NCBI GenBank assembly: GCA_947036575.1
Contig: CAMQSH010000001.1
Coordinates: forward strand, 1 to 60,472
DNA length: 60,472 nucleotides
From: an uncultured Brevinema sp.
Lineage (GTDB): Bacteria; Spirochaetota; Brevinematia; Brevinematales; Brevinemataceae
Direction: 5' to 3'
The notes beneath the pieces were generated by a model. That model had not been told where the DNA came from and made no database searches. It was given only the letters and a program-made list of their open reading frames with translations. Below are positions 1 to 9,290 of the stretch, in pieces. Each line of letters opens with the position of its first letter. The stretch's first letter is position 1. The translations under genes and the position numbers were made by a program.

Positions 1-1
1 T

Positions 2-1420
2 ACCTCTACACGGCAAATTGTAGCTATGCAACAAGCTGTAAAAACAGCTGTAGATACTATTCTTAACGTTTCAGATAATAATGTTTTAGGCTTATCTACA
101 GAATCCTCAGTAGTTATACGGCTAATAACTGGTACTCAGGGAGCTATAGCTACTGTTACTTTATCTACTACAGATGATTATCTGTTTGAAGATAATAGAA
201 ATACTAAAACCTTTATAGTAGTTTTAGCTGTTGAAAGAGTTCCTACAACAAGTATTTTGAATACTCAATTAGCAAGAACGTTTACAGGTGCTGCTAATGA
301 CCAATCTATTACTATTAATGAAACTACAGGTACTGCTGGCATAGAGTCAGGTGGAATCATTATTGCTTCAGATGCTAATGGTGTATTTACATCTGCTGGT
401 ACTGCTATTGTTACTTTAGCTGATGCCGATAATACCTCTACACGGCAAATTGTAGCTATGCAACAAGCTGTAAAAACAGCTGTAGATGCTATTCTTAACG
501 TTTCAGATAATAATGTTTTAGGCTTATCTAAAGAATCCTCAGTAGTTGTACGGCTATCTGGTATTCAGGGAGCTGAAGCTACTGTTACTTTATCTACTAC
601 AGATGGTTACCTATTTGAAGATAATAGAAATACTAAAACCTTTATAATAGTTTTAACTCGTCTAGATATAGTATCTATTATAGATTCTTCTGCATTTAAT
701 GTGCCTGCTACACCTACTAGTCAAGGAACTGCTGGAACAGCAAGTTTTACAATTCCTGTTGACTTTAATGATGTTACTATTAAAGTTCCTACTTATTTTC
801 ATAATAAAGATAACCTACTATATAATGAGAAAAAAGATGCTGTTACAAAAACTTTCAAATCTATGCCAACCCCTATAGGAGTAGAAATAACCGCTATTGA
901 AGAAGATATTCATAGTTCCAAGGTTACTATCACTTTTGGTGCCAAAGATGGTTATAGATTTATTGATCATAGTCCTAGCAAAAGATTCACAATCTACCTT
1001 TCTGGTTATTTTGGTGATGGTACACAAACCATTGAAGAACCTTCTTATTTTGTTCCAGGTTTTGGAGTAATTCCTAGTGGGATTCAGTTAGATCCAGGCT
1101 TTGTTCAACATAAACGTCTTGTTCATGCTACTGTTAGAGGTAATGTGAATAACCAAAAGATTGCTGTTATGCAAGCACTTGATCAGATGTTTTATAATGC
1201 AAGTATATACGCTCCTCTATTACCTGAGGGAATAAAATATACAAAAAAAACTCCTAGAGCTAGAGTTAAACTAGATGCAAAAGGGAAACCAATGCTATAT
1301 GACAATCAAGGTTACTTTATAGTTACTTTACCTCAGCAAGATGGATATTATATATTTAATCAAGCTGATAAAACAAAAAAAGAAATAACAATAAGAGTTC
1401 AATGGCTTCCTGGTTACTAA
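2..1420 (+). CDS. repeat-containing secreted/surface protein, C-terminal part (5' end outside window)
   Basis: The frame is open from the window edge. The residues before the listed Met (TSTRQIVAM) match the second repeat copy. A ~75-aa module recurs 144 codons apart. A terminator follows. Confidence 0.6.
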   Translation, partial: TSTRQIVAMQQAVKTAVDTILNVSDNNVLGLSTESSVVIRLITGTQGAIATVTLSTTDDYLFEDNRNTKTFIVVLAVERVPTTSILNTQLARTFTGAANDQSITINETTGTAGIESGGIIIASDANGVFTSAGTAIVTLADADNTSTRQIVAMQQAVKTAVDAILNVSDNNVLGLSKESSVVVRLSGIQGAEATVTLSTTDGYLFEDNRNTKTFIIVLTRLDIVSIIDSSAFNVPATPTSQGTAGTASFTIPVDFNDVTIKVPTYFHNKDNLLYNEKKDAVTKTFKSMPTPIGVEITAIEEDIHSSKVTITFGAKDGYRFIDHSPSKRFTIYLSGYFGDGTQTIEEPSYFVPGFGVIPSGIQLDPGFVQHKRLVHATVRGNVNNQKIAVMQALDQMFYNASIYAPLLPEGIKYTKKTPRARVKLDAKGKPMLYDNQGYFIVTLPQQDGYYIFNQADKTKKEITIRVQWLPGY

Positions 1421-1435
1421 AATTAAAAGTTAATA

Positions 1436-1468
1436 AAAACCCCTACCTTTATTTGGTAGGGGTTTTTC
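1436..1468 (+). terminator. rho-independent terminator
   Basis: Stem CCCCTACC (1440-1447) / GGTAGGGG (1455-1462), followed by a T-run. Confidence 0.8.
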
Positions 1469-1556
1469 TATACTCTATATTTATTCCATAGGTAGCTATC
1501 TTATTGATATTACTATTATAAATAATAAAACAAACTATATAATGTTTTCCCTTGAT

Positions 1557-1623
1557 TTATAATAATAATGAATCATAATATATTTTTTTCATTATTTTCT
1601 CCTATCGTTATTAATAAATAACG
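1557..1623 (-). pseudogene. relic of the operator + RBS + first 11 codons of an EEP-lipoprotein-like gene
   Basis: Minus strand reads CGTTATTTATTAATAACG-ATAGGAGAAAATAATGAAAAAAATATAT... (MKKIYYDSLLL*). This is nearly identical to the 5' module of the 5058..6134 gene. Confidence 0.6.
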
Positions 1624-3932
1624 TGTTTTTTATAAGTTAAAGAATAAGTCATTCCCTTGTTTTTTGTGGTATCGACAGAAACTATTAATACACCATTATC
1701 AAGTTTAGCAGTTACCCCTTCTGAAGCATCAAAAGATTTAACATCACTAATAGTTAATTCAAAAGGTTTTTCTGAAAATAGAGGATCAGCAAAAGACACT
1801 TCATAAGAACCATTATTTAATTTTTCCATATAAGTTAGTTCTCTACTAGTGCTTATATTATTATATATTCCTTCTGCAAAAAAGTTTAACGCTAATAAAG
1901 AAATATTTTTATGATAAGCTCCATGAATATTATCTTCTACAATGAGGTCTATAGGATTTTGATAAGATTCTACAAATTCAGGAGTTGCATTAGGTAATAA
2001 ATAATAAACTAAAGAAGCATTTTGAGGACGAATACCATGATTAAATGTTACTAAAGCATATTCATTATTAAAGATATTAGTAGTAGATCTTTTATCTATT
2101 TTATTAATATCACCCCAAGCTCCTGAAGTGGTTTTTCTTTCTACACTAACATTTTGTTCTGTTGGAAAATAGTAAGCAAGGGAGGTACTTGGTGTGTTAT
2201 CTTGAATATGAATAGTTTTAACTAATTGATTTCCATTTTTTAATTCTTGTCCATTGACTAATATATTATTATTTGAAAGTAGTCTTCTATTTTCTATAGT
2301 AGTTTCTACACCATAACTAGAATTGTCTTTGATTCCAGAATTAATGAATACAATTTCATCATCAAACATAAACCATGATTTTTTAGCACCTAAACTTTCA
2401 TTCATATTAGAAATACTCATCCCTGCAGCTCCATAAGTACCCAAAGATAAACCTCCAGAATACTCATTAAAAGAGTAATCCTCTCTAGGAAAATCATTTA
2501 CATAAGCACTTTGTCCACCTTGCATCACAATACGACCTGATGTAACATTTCTAGGACGAGTAACTCTTGTAACCCCAGCCATTCTATAAGGATCTATTGT
2601 TGGCCAATAAGAACCACCATACTGTATTGTATCCGTATAAAGAGAAACAGTACCATCGCCTTGATACCAAGGTTTGATATTTTCACTATTAATACTTTCA
2701 TTTTTTGCAATTCTAGTAGAAGAACGTGCTATAGAAAATGTATATGTTGGGCGTCTATGAATGTTTCTTTCCATTGCATTAAAAGCAAAATGTTTATCTT
2801 GAGCATCTATTCTATCTGTTATTGATTTATCCATAATTTCTTGAGCTTTTACGTTTAGTACAGATGCTGGATTGCCTCTAAAAAATGTTTTATTACCTTC
2901 TAACCAAGATTTAAGAATAGATTCTAATGTTTTTTGATTTTTAGAATCTGCTATTAAAGCAATTTTTAATAAACTTTCTATAAAACCATTACCAAGAGTT
3001 GTTGCAGCATCATAAGAACGAGCAACAGATCTTCCCCTGACATTATCAATAACAGATCCTTTATAAATAATAGGTTCTATAGAGTTGTACAACCAATCAT
3101 ATAAAATAGGATCTAAGATATCCCATTGCGTACCTGATAATAAATATAAAATATTAGAAAGGCGACCAATCAGTACATTACCATAAGAACCTGTATAGGG
3201 TACATCAATATGTTGAATAAAAGATCCATCTTTATAAAATCCATCTCCACTTTCTACAATAACATATAATGTTTTTACTTGTTCTATTGTTTTGTCAAGA
3301 AGTGCTTCATCTTCCATTACAAGAGCTTGTAAAATTTTGATTAGTCCAAGATCTGCTAAGTTAGCACCTGTATGTCTTTTACAAACAAGATCAATTTGAA
3401 TATAATTATCAATAGAATTCATATAACTTTCTCTTTGAGAAGGAGTCAAATCATCATAAAGCATAATTGTCATTTTAATAAGATCCCCAGGAGCTCCTAT
3501 TTGCCAATCCCACCAATTACCATAATAATCTTGGTCTGCAAGATAAACATTATTTATCATCCAATCGAGAGAATTTGTAATAAAAGTGTGAACTTCTTTA
3601 TTCTGATATTGAGCTGTCCCTAGTGTTTTATAGGCTAAAACAATAGGAGTAATATTACGATATCCTCGAGTAATATGAGCTGGATTCGTTTTCCATTGAT
3701 CATATTCTTTCCAGATTTCTGTTCTATTTTCATCAAGATTTGCTGTTTCCATTAATTTTGTCGCTCTATCTGATATACTTTTCACATACTTTTGAGAGGA
3801 TTCAGCTTTTAATTGTTTTGTATTACCAATTAAAAATTCTGCCCATTTATCTCTTAATTGTTTCATTTCACTGCCACCACTCATACTACATGAGCTTAGT
3901 AATAAGATAAGTAAAATACTAATTATTTTCAT
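1611..3932 (-). CDS. polysaccharide lyase family 8 (hyaluronate/chondroitin lyase), lipoprotein
   Basis: PL8-like motifs NWWDWQIGAP and GDGFYKDGSFIQH. Lipobox LLSSCS. 773 aa. GAG-locus context. Confidence 0.85.
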   Translation of the reverse strand: MKIISILLILLLSSCSMSGGSEMKQLRDKWAEFLIGNTKQLKAESSQKYVKSISDRATKLMETANLDENRTEIWKEYDQWKTNPAHITRGYRNITPIVLAYKTLGTAQYQNKEVHTFITNSLDWMINNVYLADQDYYGNWWDWQIGAPGDLIKMTIMLYDDLTPSQRESYMNSIDNYIQIDLVCKRHTGANLADLGLIKILQALVMEDEALLDKTIEQVKTLYVIVESGDGFYKDGSFIQHIDVPYTGSYGNVLIGRLSNILYLLSGTQWDILDPILYDWLYNSIEPIIYKGSVIDNVRGRSVARSYDAATTLGNGFIESLLKIALIADSKNQKTLESILKSWLEGNKTFFRGNPASVLNVKAQEIMDKSITDRIDAQDKHFAFNAMERNIHRRPTYTFSIARSSTRIAKNESINSENIKPWYQGDGTVSLYTDTIQYGGSYWPTIDPYRMAGVTRVTRPRNVTSGRIVMQGGQSAYVNDFPREDYSFNEYSGGLSLGTYGAAGMSISNMNESLGAKKSWFMFDDEIVFINSGIKDNSSYGVETTIENRRLLSNNNILVNGQELKNGNQLVKTIHIQDNTPSTSLAYYFPTEQNVSVERKTTSGAWGDINKIDKRSTTNIFNNEYALVTFNHGIRPQNASLVYYLLPNATPEFVESYQNPIDLIVEDNIHGAYHKNISLLALNFFAEGIYNNISTSRELTYMEKLNNGSYEVSFADPLFSEKPFELTISDVKSFDASEGVTAKLDNGVLIVSVDTTKNKGMTYSLTYKKHVIY

Positions 3933-3943
3933 AAAATAACTCC

Positions 3944-4870
3944 TTAAAATTGAAATCTAGTAAGAACACCGATATTAAGACCAAATGGTTGACGTTTTGT
4001 AGTTGTTTGAGTACCATTGACTACAAATTCAACCAAAGGCATAATAGCAAAGTAAGAACTTAGCCATGTTTCCATTCTGAATCTTGTTGAAAAGTAAAAC
4101 ACATTTGCTGTATTAGGATTAAATTCTCCATACTCTTCACCTGTGTCAGGATTTTTACCAGGATTATAAATATATCCTAAAAATCTAAATCTATATCTTG
4201 TATAAAAAGTAAATCTATTAATTTTTGAAGAAACTCTAGGACTCCAATTATGATGAATATCAAAAGTTGTATACTCCCACATGGAACGTCTAAATTCAGT
4301 TCCTTTAACACCATCAACAGTAACATCTTTATATCCAGTACCATTAAGCCAAAAACGTGTGGATAATTCATATTTTACTGATGTCGTAGGATTAGGTCTA
4401 TGAGTATAAGATGCAAATACTTGTAATCTACCTCTCGTATCAAACTCTAATGCTAAATAAGGAGTAATATAAGCATGCAAAAATAACATATAATTAAGAT
4501 TGACACTATCTCCTGCCAATCCATTAGCATGTTGTGACCAATTATAAGACCCATAAGCCCAAAATTTGAATGAAAAACGAAGCATCCCATTAAAAAACCA
4601 AGGAGTACCATAACCCCATTCTATTTCGTAACAAGGATTTATTCTATCCATTGCACTAACTGTGCTATTAGGATCATCTAATAATTTTAAAGGATTTGCT
4701 TGGGTAAACCAAAATAGATACATCCCTATCTGTTCTTTAGGCTTTGCTACTGCTTGTACAGCGATTGGATCATCTGTTGTTAACTCCTCAACTAGCACAT
4801 CTTGTGCAAATACACTGACTGATGAAAATAATATAACAAATGCTATATTAATAAATGAAAAATTTCTCAT
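3944..4870 (-). CDS. outer-membrane beta-barrel porin-like protein (copy A)
   Basis: Signal peptide, alternating aromatic/polar beta-strand pattern, C-terminal ...TRFQF. 11 nt upstream of the PL8 gene. Paralog of 6229..7140. Confidence 0.65.
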   Translation of the reverse strand: MRNFSFINIAFVILFSSVSVFAQDVLVEELTTDDPIAVQAVAKPKEQIGMYLFWFTQANPLKLLDDPNSTVSAMDRINPCYEIEWGYGTPWFFNGMLRFSFKFWAYGSYNWSQHANGLAGDSVNLNYMLFLHAYITPYLALEFDTRGRLQVFASYTHRPNPTTSVKYELSTRFWLNGTGYKDVTVDGVKGTEFRRSMWEYTTFDIHHNWSPRVSSKINRFTFYTRYRFRFLGYIYNPGKNPDTGEEYGEFNPNTANVFYFSTRFRMETWLSSYFAIMPLVEFVVNGTQTTTKRQPFGLNIGVLTRFQF

Positions 4871-4883
4871 AATTATCTCCTAT

Positions 4884-4901
4884 CGTTATTAATTAATAAC
4901 G
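4884..4901. promoter_or_regulatory. 18-bp perfect palindrome CGTTATTAATTAATAACG (putative operator)
   Basis: Perfect dyad 13 nt upstream of the porin start. The same element occurs at 6145-6162, 7154-7171 and 1606-1623. Confidence 0.6.
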
Positions 4902-5057
4902 TATTTTTATTATTCCACTATATCCTTTATAAAATTATATTAATTATTTTATTTTTTACAAAGTTCTTATGATTTTAATTATAAAAAGAAGCCTTAATGA
5001 TATTGTTCGTATTACTAAGGATTTTTTATTAATATAACTATGTTACACATGTGTTAT

Positions 5058-6134
5058 TTATTTTTTTGGAGCAAAATCAAAGGTGGTAACCACTACTTTA
5101 TGATCTGATGGCCATACCCCTAATGGGTTGATAATATTATCTTCTGTATTTTCTACATATGTTTTATTATATGCTATTGTATTTTTTGGTCCTACAATTA
5201 CAGATGATTTAAGAGCAATCTTTGGATTTGGATAAAAATGAATAAAATTAATTCTTTCTCGTTCATCTGCTTCGGGAGACCATGTTAACATTCCTCTATC
5301 AGTAGCACTAAGATTAGTATTGTCTGCAGGATATGTAAATCTAGGATGGGTAACTGCTGATGGATATAATTTTCTATAACTATCAACAAAACCAGCTTTT
5401 TCTAAAGTTGCAGTACTATTCCAATTGAATACTACCCCATTATGACTGTAGAGATCTTTTGTTTCTTCTGTCCAGTCTAGATGTGAAGGTTCATTATAAT
5501 CTCCACCAATCAACACGATAGTTCCGTTTGCAATATCTGTTTGCACATCTTTTACAATTGCAGCTACGGACTCATCACGCATTGATGCTAAATTTTGTTT
5601 TTCAATTAGTGCTATATCAGTTACAGGAGCATCCATTTTTTTGAAAGTATCACCATCACCAAAAGCAGAACCATCGTAACCTCTAGGGAGTATCACAGCA
5701 TAATTTTTATAATCAAGATGCGCACTATATACAGCAAAAGGGACACCGTCTATCTCTGTTGTTAATTTAACAACATTTTCAAACACTTTTCCAACTTTAT
5801 TCATATTAGAGTAGATAGTAGTAAATGAAGTAAGTGGATATTTTGAAAGGATAGCAGCATCGTCACTCATTTGGAAGTAGTATGTGATTCCTTTAGCTTT
5901 TAAGTCTGTTGTGAGTTTTTCTAAGAAATTCACATCATTATAGTGACGGACTTCACTAAGAGTCACAAAGTCTGGGCTATACTCTGTAATTTCGTTTACT
6001 ATAGCAGGATATCCATTGGGAACTTTTGTTCCCTCTTGCCATACATTGAATTGCATGATTGAGACTTGTTTGTCCTCATTTGTAGAACAAGAAGCCATTA
6101 CTAGTAATAATACTAATATATATTTTTTCATCAT
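5058..6134 (-). CDS. endonuclease/exonuclease/phosphatase (EEP) family lipoprotein
   Basis: Lipobox LVMASCS. EEP motifs IMQFNVWQEG, TLSEV, GGDYNE, SDH. Confidence 0.75.
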   Translation of the reverse strand: MMKKYILVLLLVMASCSTNEDKQVSIMQFNVWQEGTKVPNGYPAIVNEITEYSPDFVTLSEVRHYNDVNFLEKLTTDLKAKGITYYFQMSDDAAILSKYPLTSFTTIYSNMNKVGKVFENVVKLTTEIDGVPFAVYSAHLDYKNYAVILPRGYDGSAFGDGDTFKKMDAPVTDIALIEKQNLASMRDESVAAIVKDVQTDIANGTIVLIGGDYNEPSHLDWTEETKDLYSHNGVVFNWNSTATLEKAGFVDSYRKLYPSAVTHPRFTYPADNTNLSATDRGMLTWSPEADERERINFIHFYPNPKIALKSSVIVGPKNTIAYNKTYVENTEDNIINPLGVWPSDHKVVVTTFDFAPKK

Positions 6135-6144
6135 TTTCTCCTAT

Positions 6145-6162
6145 CGTTATTAATTAATAACG
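6145..6162. promoter_or_regulatory. 18-bp perfect palindrome CGTTATTAATTAATAACG (putative operator)
   Basis: Identical to 4884-4901. Lies in the 5' leader of the EEP gene. Confidence 0.6.
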
Positions 6163-6228
6163 TATTTTTATTATTCCACTATATTCTTTATAAAATTATA
6201 TTAGTTATATTATTTTATAGAATAACCC

Positions 6229-7140
6229 CTAAAATGAAAATCTAGTCATAATACCAACATTAAGCCCAAATGGTTGCCGTTTTGTAGTTGTTTGAGTACC
6301 ATTTACTACAAATTCAAGTAATGGGATAACAGCAAAGTAAGATGATAGCCATGTTTCCATCCGAAATCTTGTTGAAAAGTAAAATACATTTGCTATATTA
6401 GGATTAAACTCTCCATACTCTTCACCTGTATCAGGATTTGTATTTGGAGCATAAATATTTCCTAAAAATCTAATTCTAAATCTTGTATAAAAAGTAAATC
6501 TATTAATTCTTGAAGAAACTTCAGGGCTCCAATTGTGATGAATATTAAAAGTTGTATAATCCCACATAGAGCGTCTGAAGATGGCCTTTCCATCAATATC
6601 TTTATATCCATTACCATTAAGCCAAAATCGTGTAGACAATTCATATTTTACTGATGTAGTAGTATTAGGTCTATGCGTATAGGATATTCCTGCTTGCAGT
6701 CTTCCTCTAGTATCAATCCCTAATACTACATAAGGGGTAATATAAATATTCAAAAATAACATGTAATTAAGAGGAGTACTGTCTCCCTGTAATCCATTTA
6801 CATGTTGTGACCAATTATAAGACCCATAAGCCCAAAATTTAAAAGAAAAACGAAGCATTCTGTTTAAGAACCAAGGTGTACCATAACCCCACTCTATTTC
6901 GTAACAAGGATTTATTCTATCCATTGCACTAACTTCACTATTAGGATCATCTAATAATTTTAAAATGTTTGCTTGGGTAAACCAAAATAAATACATCCCT
7001 ATCTGTTCTTTAGGTTTTTCTATTGCTTGCACAGAGATTGGATCATCTGCAGCTAAATCAGCCATTGTATCTTGTGAAAACACACTAACTGATAAAAATA
7101 ATATAACAAAAGCTATATTAATAAATGAAAAAAATTTCAT
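6229..7140 (-). CDS. outer-membrane beta-barrel porin-like protein (copy B)
   Basis: High identity (roughly 85% by eye) to 3944..4870. Signal peptide. C-terminal ...TRFSF. Confidence 0.65.
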   Translation of the reverse strand: MKFFSFINIAFVILFLSVSVFSQDTMADLAADDPISVQAIEKPKEQIGMYLFWFTQANILKLLDDPNSEVSAMDRINPCYEIEWGYGTPWFLNRMLRFSFKFWAYGSYNWSQHVNGLQGDSTPLNYMLFLNIYITPYVVLGIDTRGRLQAGISYTHRPNTTTSVKYELSTRFWLNGNGYKDIDGKAIFRRSMWDYTTFNIHHNWSPEVSSRINRFTFYTRFRIRFLGNIYAPNTNPDTGEEYGEFNPNIANVFYFSTRFRMETWLSSYFAVIPLLEFVVNGTQTTTKRQPFGLNVGIMTRFSF

Positions 7141-7153
7141 TATTATTTCCTAT

Positions 7154-7171
7154 CGTTATTAATTAATAACA
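7154..7171. promoter_or_regulatory. operator-like palindrome, one mismatch (CGTTATTAATTAATAACA)
   Basis: Same position relative to the start codon as the copies at 4884 and 6145. Confidence 0.5.
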
Positions 7172-7208
7172 TATTTTTATTATTCTACTATCATTTTAAT
7201 TATATATA

Positions 7209-7252
7209 AAAAAAGCCTTAATAATATTGTTAAGTATCATTAAGGCTTTTTT
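7209..7252. terminator. bidirectional rho-independent terminator
   Basis: AGCCTTAAT (7214-7222) / ATTAAGGCT (7239-7247), flanked by an A-run and a T-run. Lies downstream of kduD. Confidence 0.75.
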
Positions 7253-7294
7253 GTTAAATACCTTTATATTAATTATCTATTATTAATTAGTTTT

Positions 7295-8056
7295 TTATCT
7301 TGCTAACCAACCACCATCAACAGGGATAATTGCTCCATGAAGATAATTGGATGCATCTGATGCGAGGAACACAATAGGTCCTTGTAGATCTGATGCCAAT
7401 CCCCATGATCCAGCTGGGATACGAGAAAGAATTGCTTTTGCTCTTTCTGGATCAGCCATAATAGGTGCTGTATTGTCAGTATCCATATATCCAGGTGCTA
7501 TTGCATTGACATTAATATTATATTGTGCCCATTCATTTGCCATGAGTCTTGTTAATCCTGCTGCTGCACTTTTTGAAGCAGTATAAGAAGGAACTCTTAT
7601 GCCACCTTGAAAAGAAAGCATGGAACAAATATTAATAATTTTTCCTCTAACTTTTCTTGCTATGTAATGATTTGCTACTGCTTGTGATAAAAAGAATAAG
7701 ACTTTTGAGTTGACATTCATGACATCATCCCAATCTTTTTCTGAAAATACCAAAGAATCATCTCTTCTTATAATACCAGCATTATTGACAAGAATATCAA
7801 TTTTACTAGCACTTGCAAGAGCTTCTTGTACTAAATTTGGGATCACATCTATTGATGAAAGATCTGCCTTGAGCATAAAATAAGGATTCCCTATTTCTTT
7901 CAATTTTTTTTCTGTATCTTCAGCATTGTCTCTATTAACTGCAACAATTGTTGCCCCAGCCTCTGCCAAACCAAGAGCCATACCTTGACCTAAGCCTGTA
8001 TTACAACCTGTTACCATAGCAACTTTACCATTGAGTTTAAAATTATCTAAAATCAT
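7295..8056 (-). CDS. kduD: 2-dehydro-3-deoxy-D-gluconate 5-dehydrogenase
   Basis: 253-aa SDR, collinear with E. coli KduD (GKVAxVTGCxTGLGQGMALGLA ... IAVDGGWLAR). Confidence 0.9.
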   Translation of the reverse strand: MILDNFKLNGKVAMVTGCNTGLGQGMALGLAEAGATIVAVNRDNAEDTEKKLKEIGNPYFMLKADLSSIDVIPNLVQEALASASKIDILVNNAGIIRRDDSLVFSEKDWDDVMNVNSKVLFFLSQAVANHYIARKVRGKIINICSMLSFQGGIRVPSYTASKSAAAGLTRLMANEWAQYNINVNAIAPGYMDTDNTAPIMADPERAKAILSRIPAGSWGLASDLQGPIVFLASDASNYLHGAIIPVDGGWLAR

Positions 8057-8075
8057 TATAATTCCTTATTATTAT

Positions 8076-9275
8076 TTACCAATATAATTCCCATTCATTG
8101 TCTGTGTATAATCTCATAAGAGCTTCCATATAAAAATAGTCACCCCAAGTATTACACTCTTCCATGCCTCTTTTTGTATGCCATGAATAGACACCCTCTA
8201 AAAGTAAGCCATTAGAATTAGGGTCGTTATTTGCAGTAGAATAATTAGCTATTAACTCTCTCATGATAGCATGTGATGCCCCAAGATAAGATTTTTTAAG
8301 AGGATCATTAGCATCTAGATATTTATCCATTTCTAACATTCCACAAACTGCAATTGCAGAAGCTGAAGAATCTCTTACATGTCCATCATTTGCACCAAAA
8401 ATAAGATCCCAATAAGCAACTTCATCTTCAGGACAGCGATTGAGAAAATAATTTGTCATCCCTTTGTAAAGATCAATAAGTTGTGGGTTTTTTGTATAAA
8501 TATAAGTAAGAGGTAGTCCGTAAACACCCCAAGCTTGACCTCTAGCCCAAGAACTCGTATCGCTATATCCTTGTCTCGTTACTCCTTTAACGGGAGCTCC
8601 TGTTTTGGAATCAAAATAAAAAGTATGATAGGCAGATGCATCATCTCTAACTACTGTATTACAAGAACTAACCATATGTTTTGTTGCTAAGTCTGAATAT
8701 TTTTCATCCTTCGTAACTTCTGTTGCCCAATAAAGAAGAGGTATATTAAGTAAGCAGTCAATAATAAGTCTATAATTTTCTTCTGCTCCCAATTCTCCCC
8801 AAGCTTGAAGAAATTGTCCTTTTTCTTGAAAACGAGAAGCTAATTGATTTGCCGCTTTAATAGCTGAGTCTTTACCCATTTCGTTACCTGTTAATTTGTA
8901 AGCAGCAACACAACTAGGAGTATATAAAAATCCCATATCATGGTGATCTACTTCAATCTTTCTGTCTATTCTGTCAGTATAGCTAACAACTTGTATTTCT
9001 GCTGCTTTTCTGTATTTTTCATCACCAGTATATTCATATGCTAGCCAAAGAATTCCTGTCCAAAAACCATTTGTCCAGTCCACATTTTCAATAGGCTCAT
9101 ACACATGACCAAAGCTATTTGGCCCAGGAAATTTATCAGTAAACATAGGAAGAGCATCTGAAATTTTTTGTATAGCACCATCAAGAGCTTGTTTAACTTC
9201 TTCTTTTGTTAGAAGAGTAACGTTTTTATAATACTCTTGTTTTTTTAATGGTTCTATAGCTATTGATTTAATCAT
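8076..9275 (-). CDS. ugl: unsaturated glucuronyl hydrolase, GH88
   Basis: 399 aa, GH88-sized, (alpha/alpha)6 barrel-like sequence. Sits in the classic ugl-PTS-kduI-kduD context. Confidence 0.8.
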   Translation of the reverse strand: MIKSIAIEPLKKQEYYKNVTLLTKEEVKQALDGAIQKISDALPMFTDKFPGPNSFGHVYEPIENVDWTNGFWTGILWLAYEYTGDEKYRKAAEIQVVSYTDRIDRKIEVDHHDMGFLYTPSCVAAYKLTGNEMGKDSAIKAANQLASRFQEKGQFLQAWGELGAEENYRLIIDCLLNIPLLYWATEVTKDEKYSDLATKHMVSSCNTVVRDDASAYHTFYFDSKTGAPVKGVTRQGYSDTSSWARGQAWGVYGLPLTYIYTKNPQLIDLYKGMTNYFLNRCPEDEVAYWDLIFGANDGHVRDSSASAIAVCGMLEMDKYLDANDPLKKSYLGASHAIMRELIANYSTANNDPNSNGLLLEGVYSWHTKRGMEECNTWGDYFYMEALMRLYTDNEWELYW

Positions 9276-9290
9276 GATATTACTCCTTAT

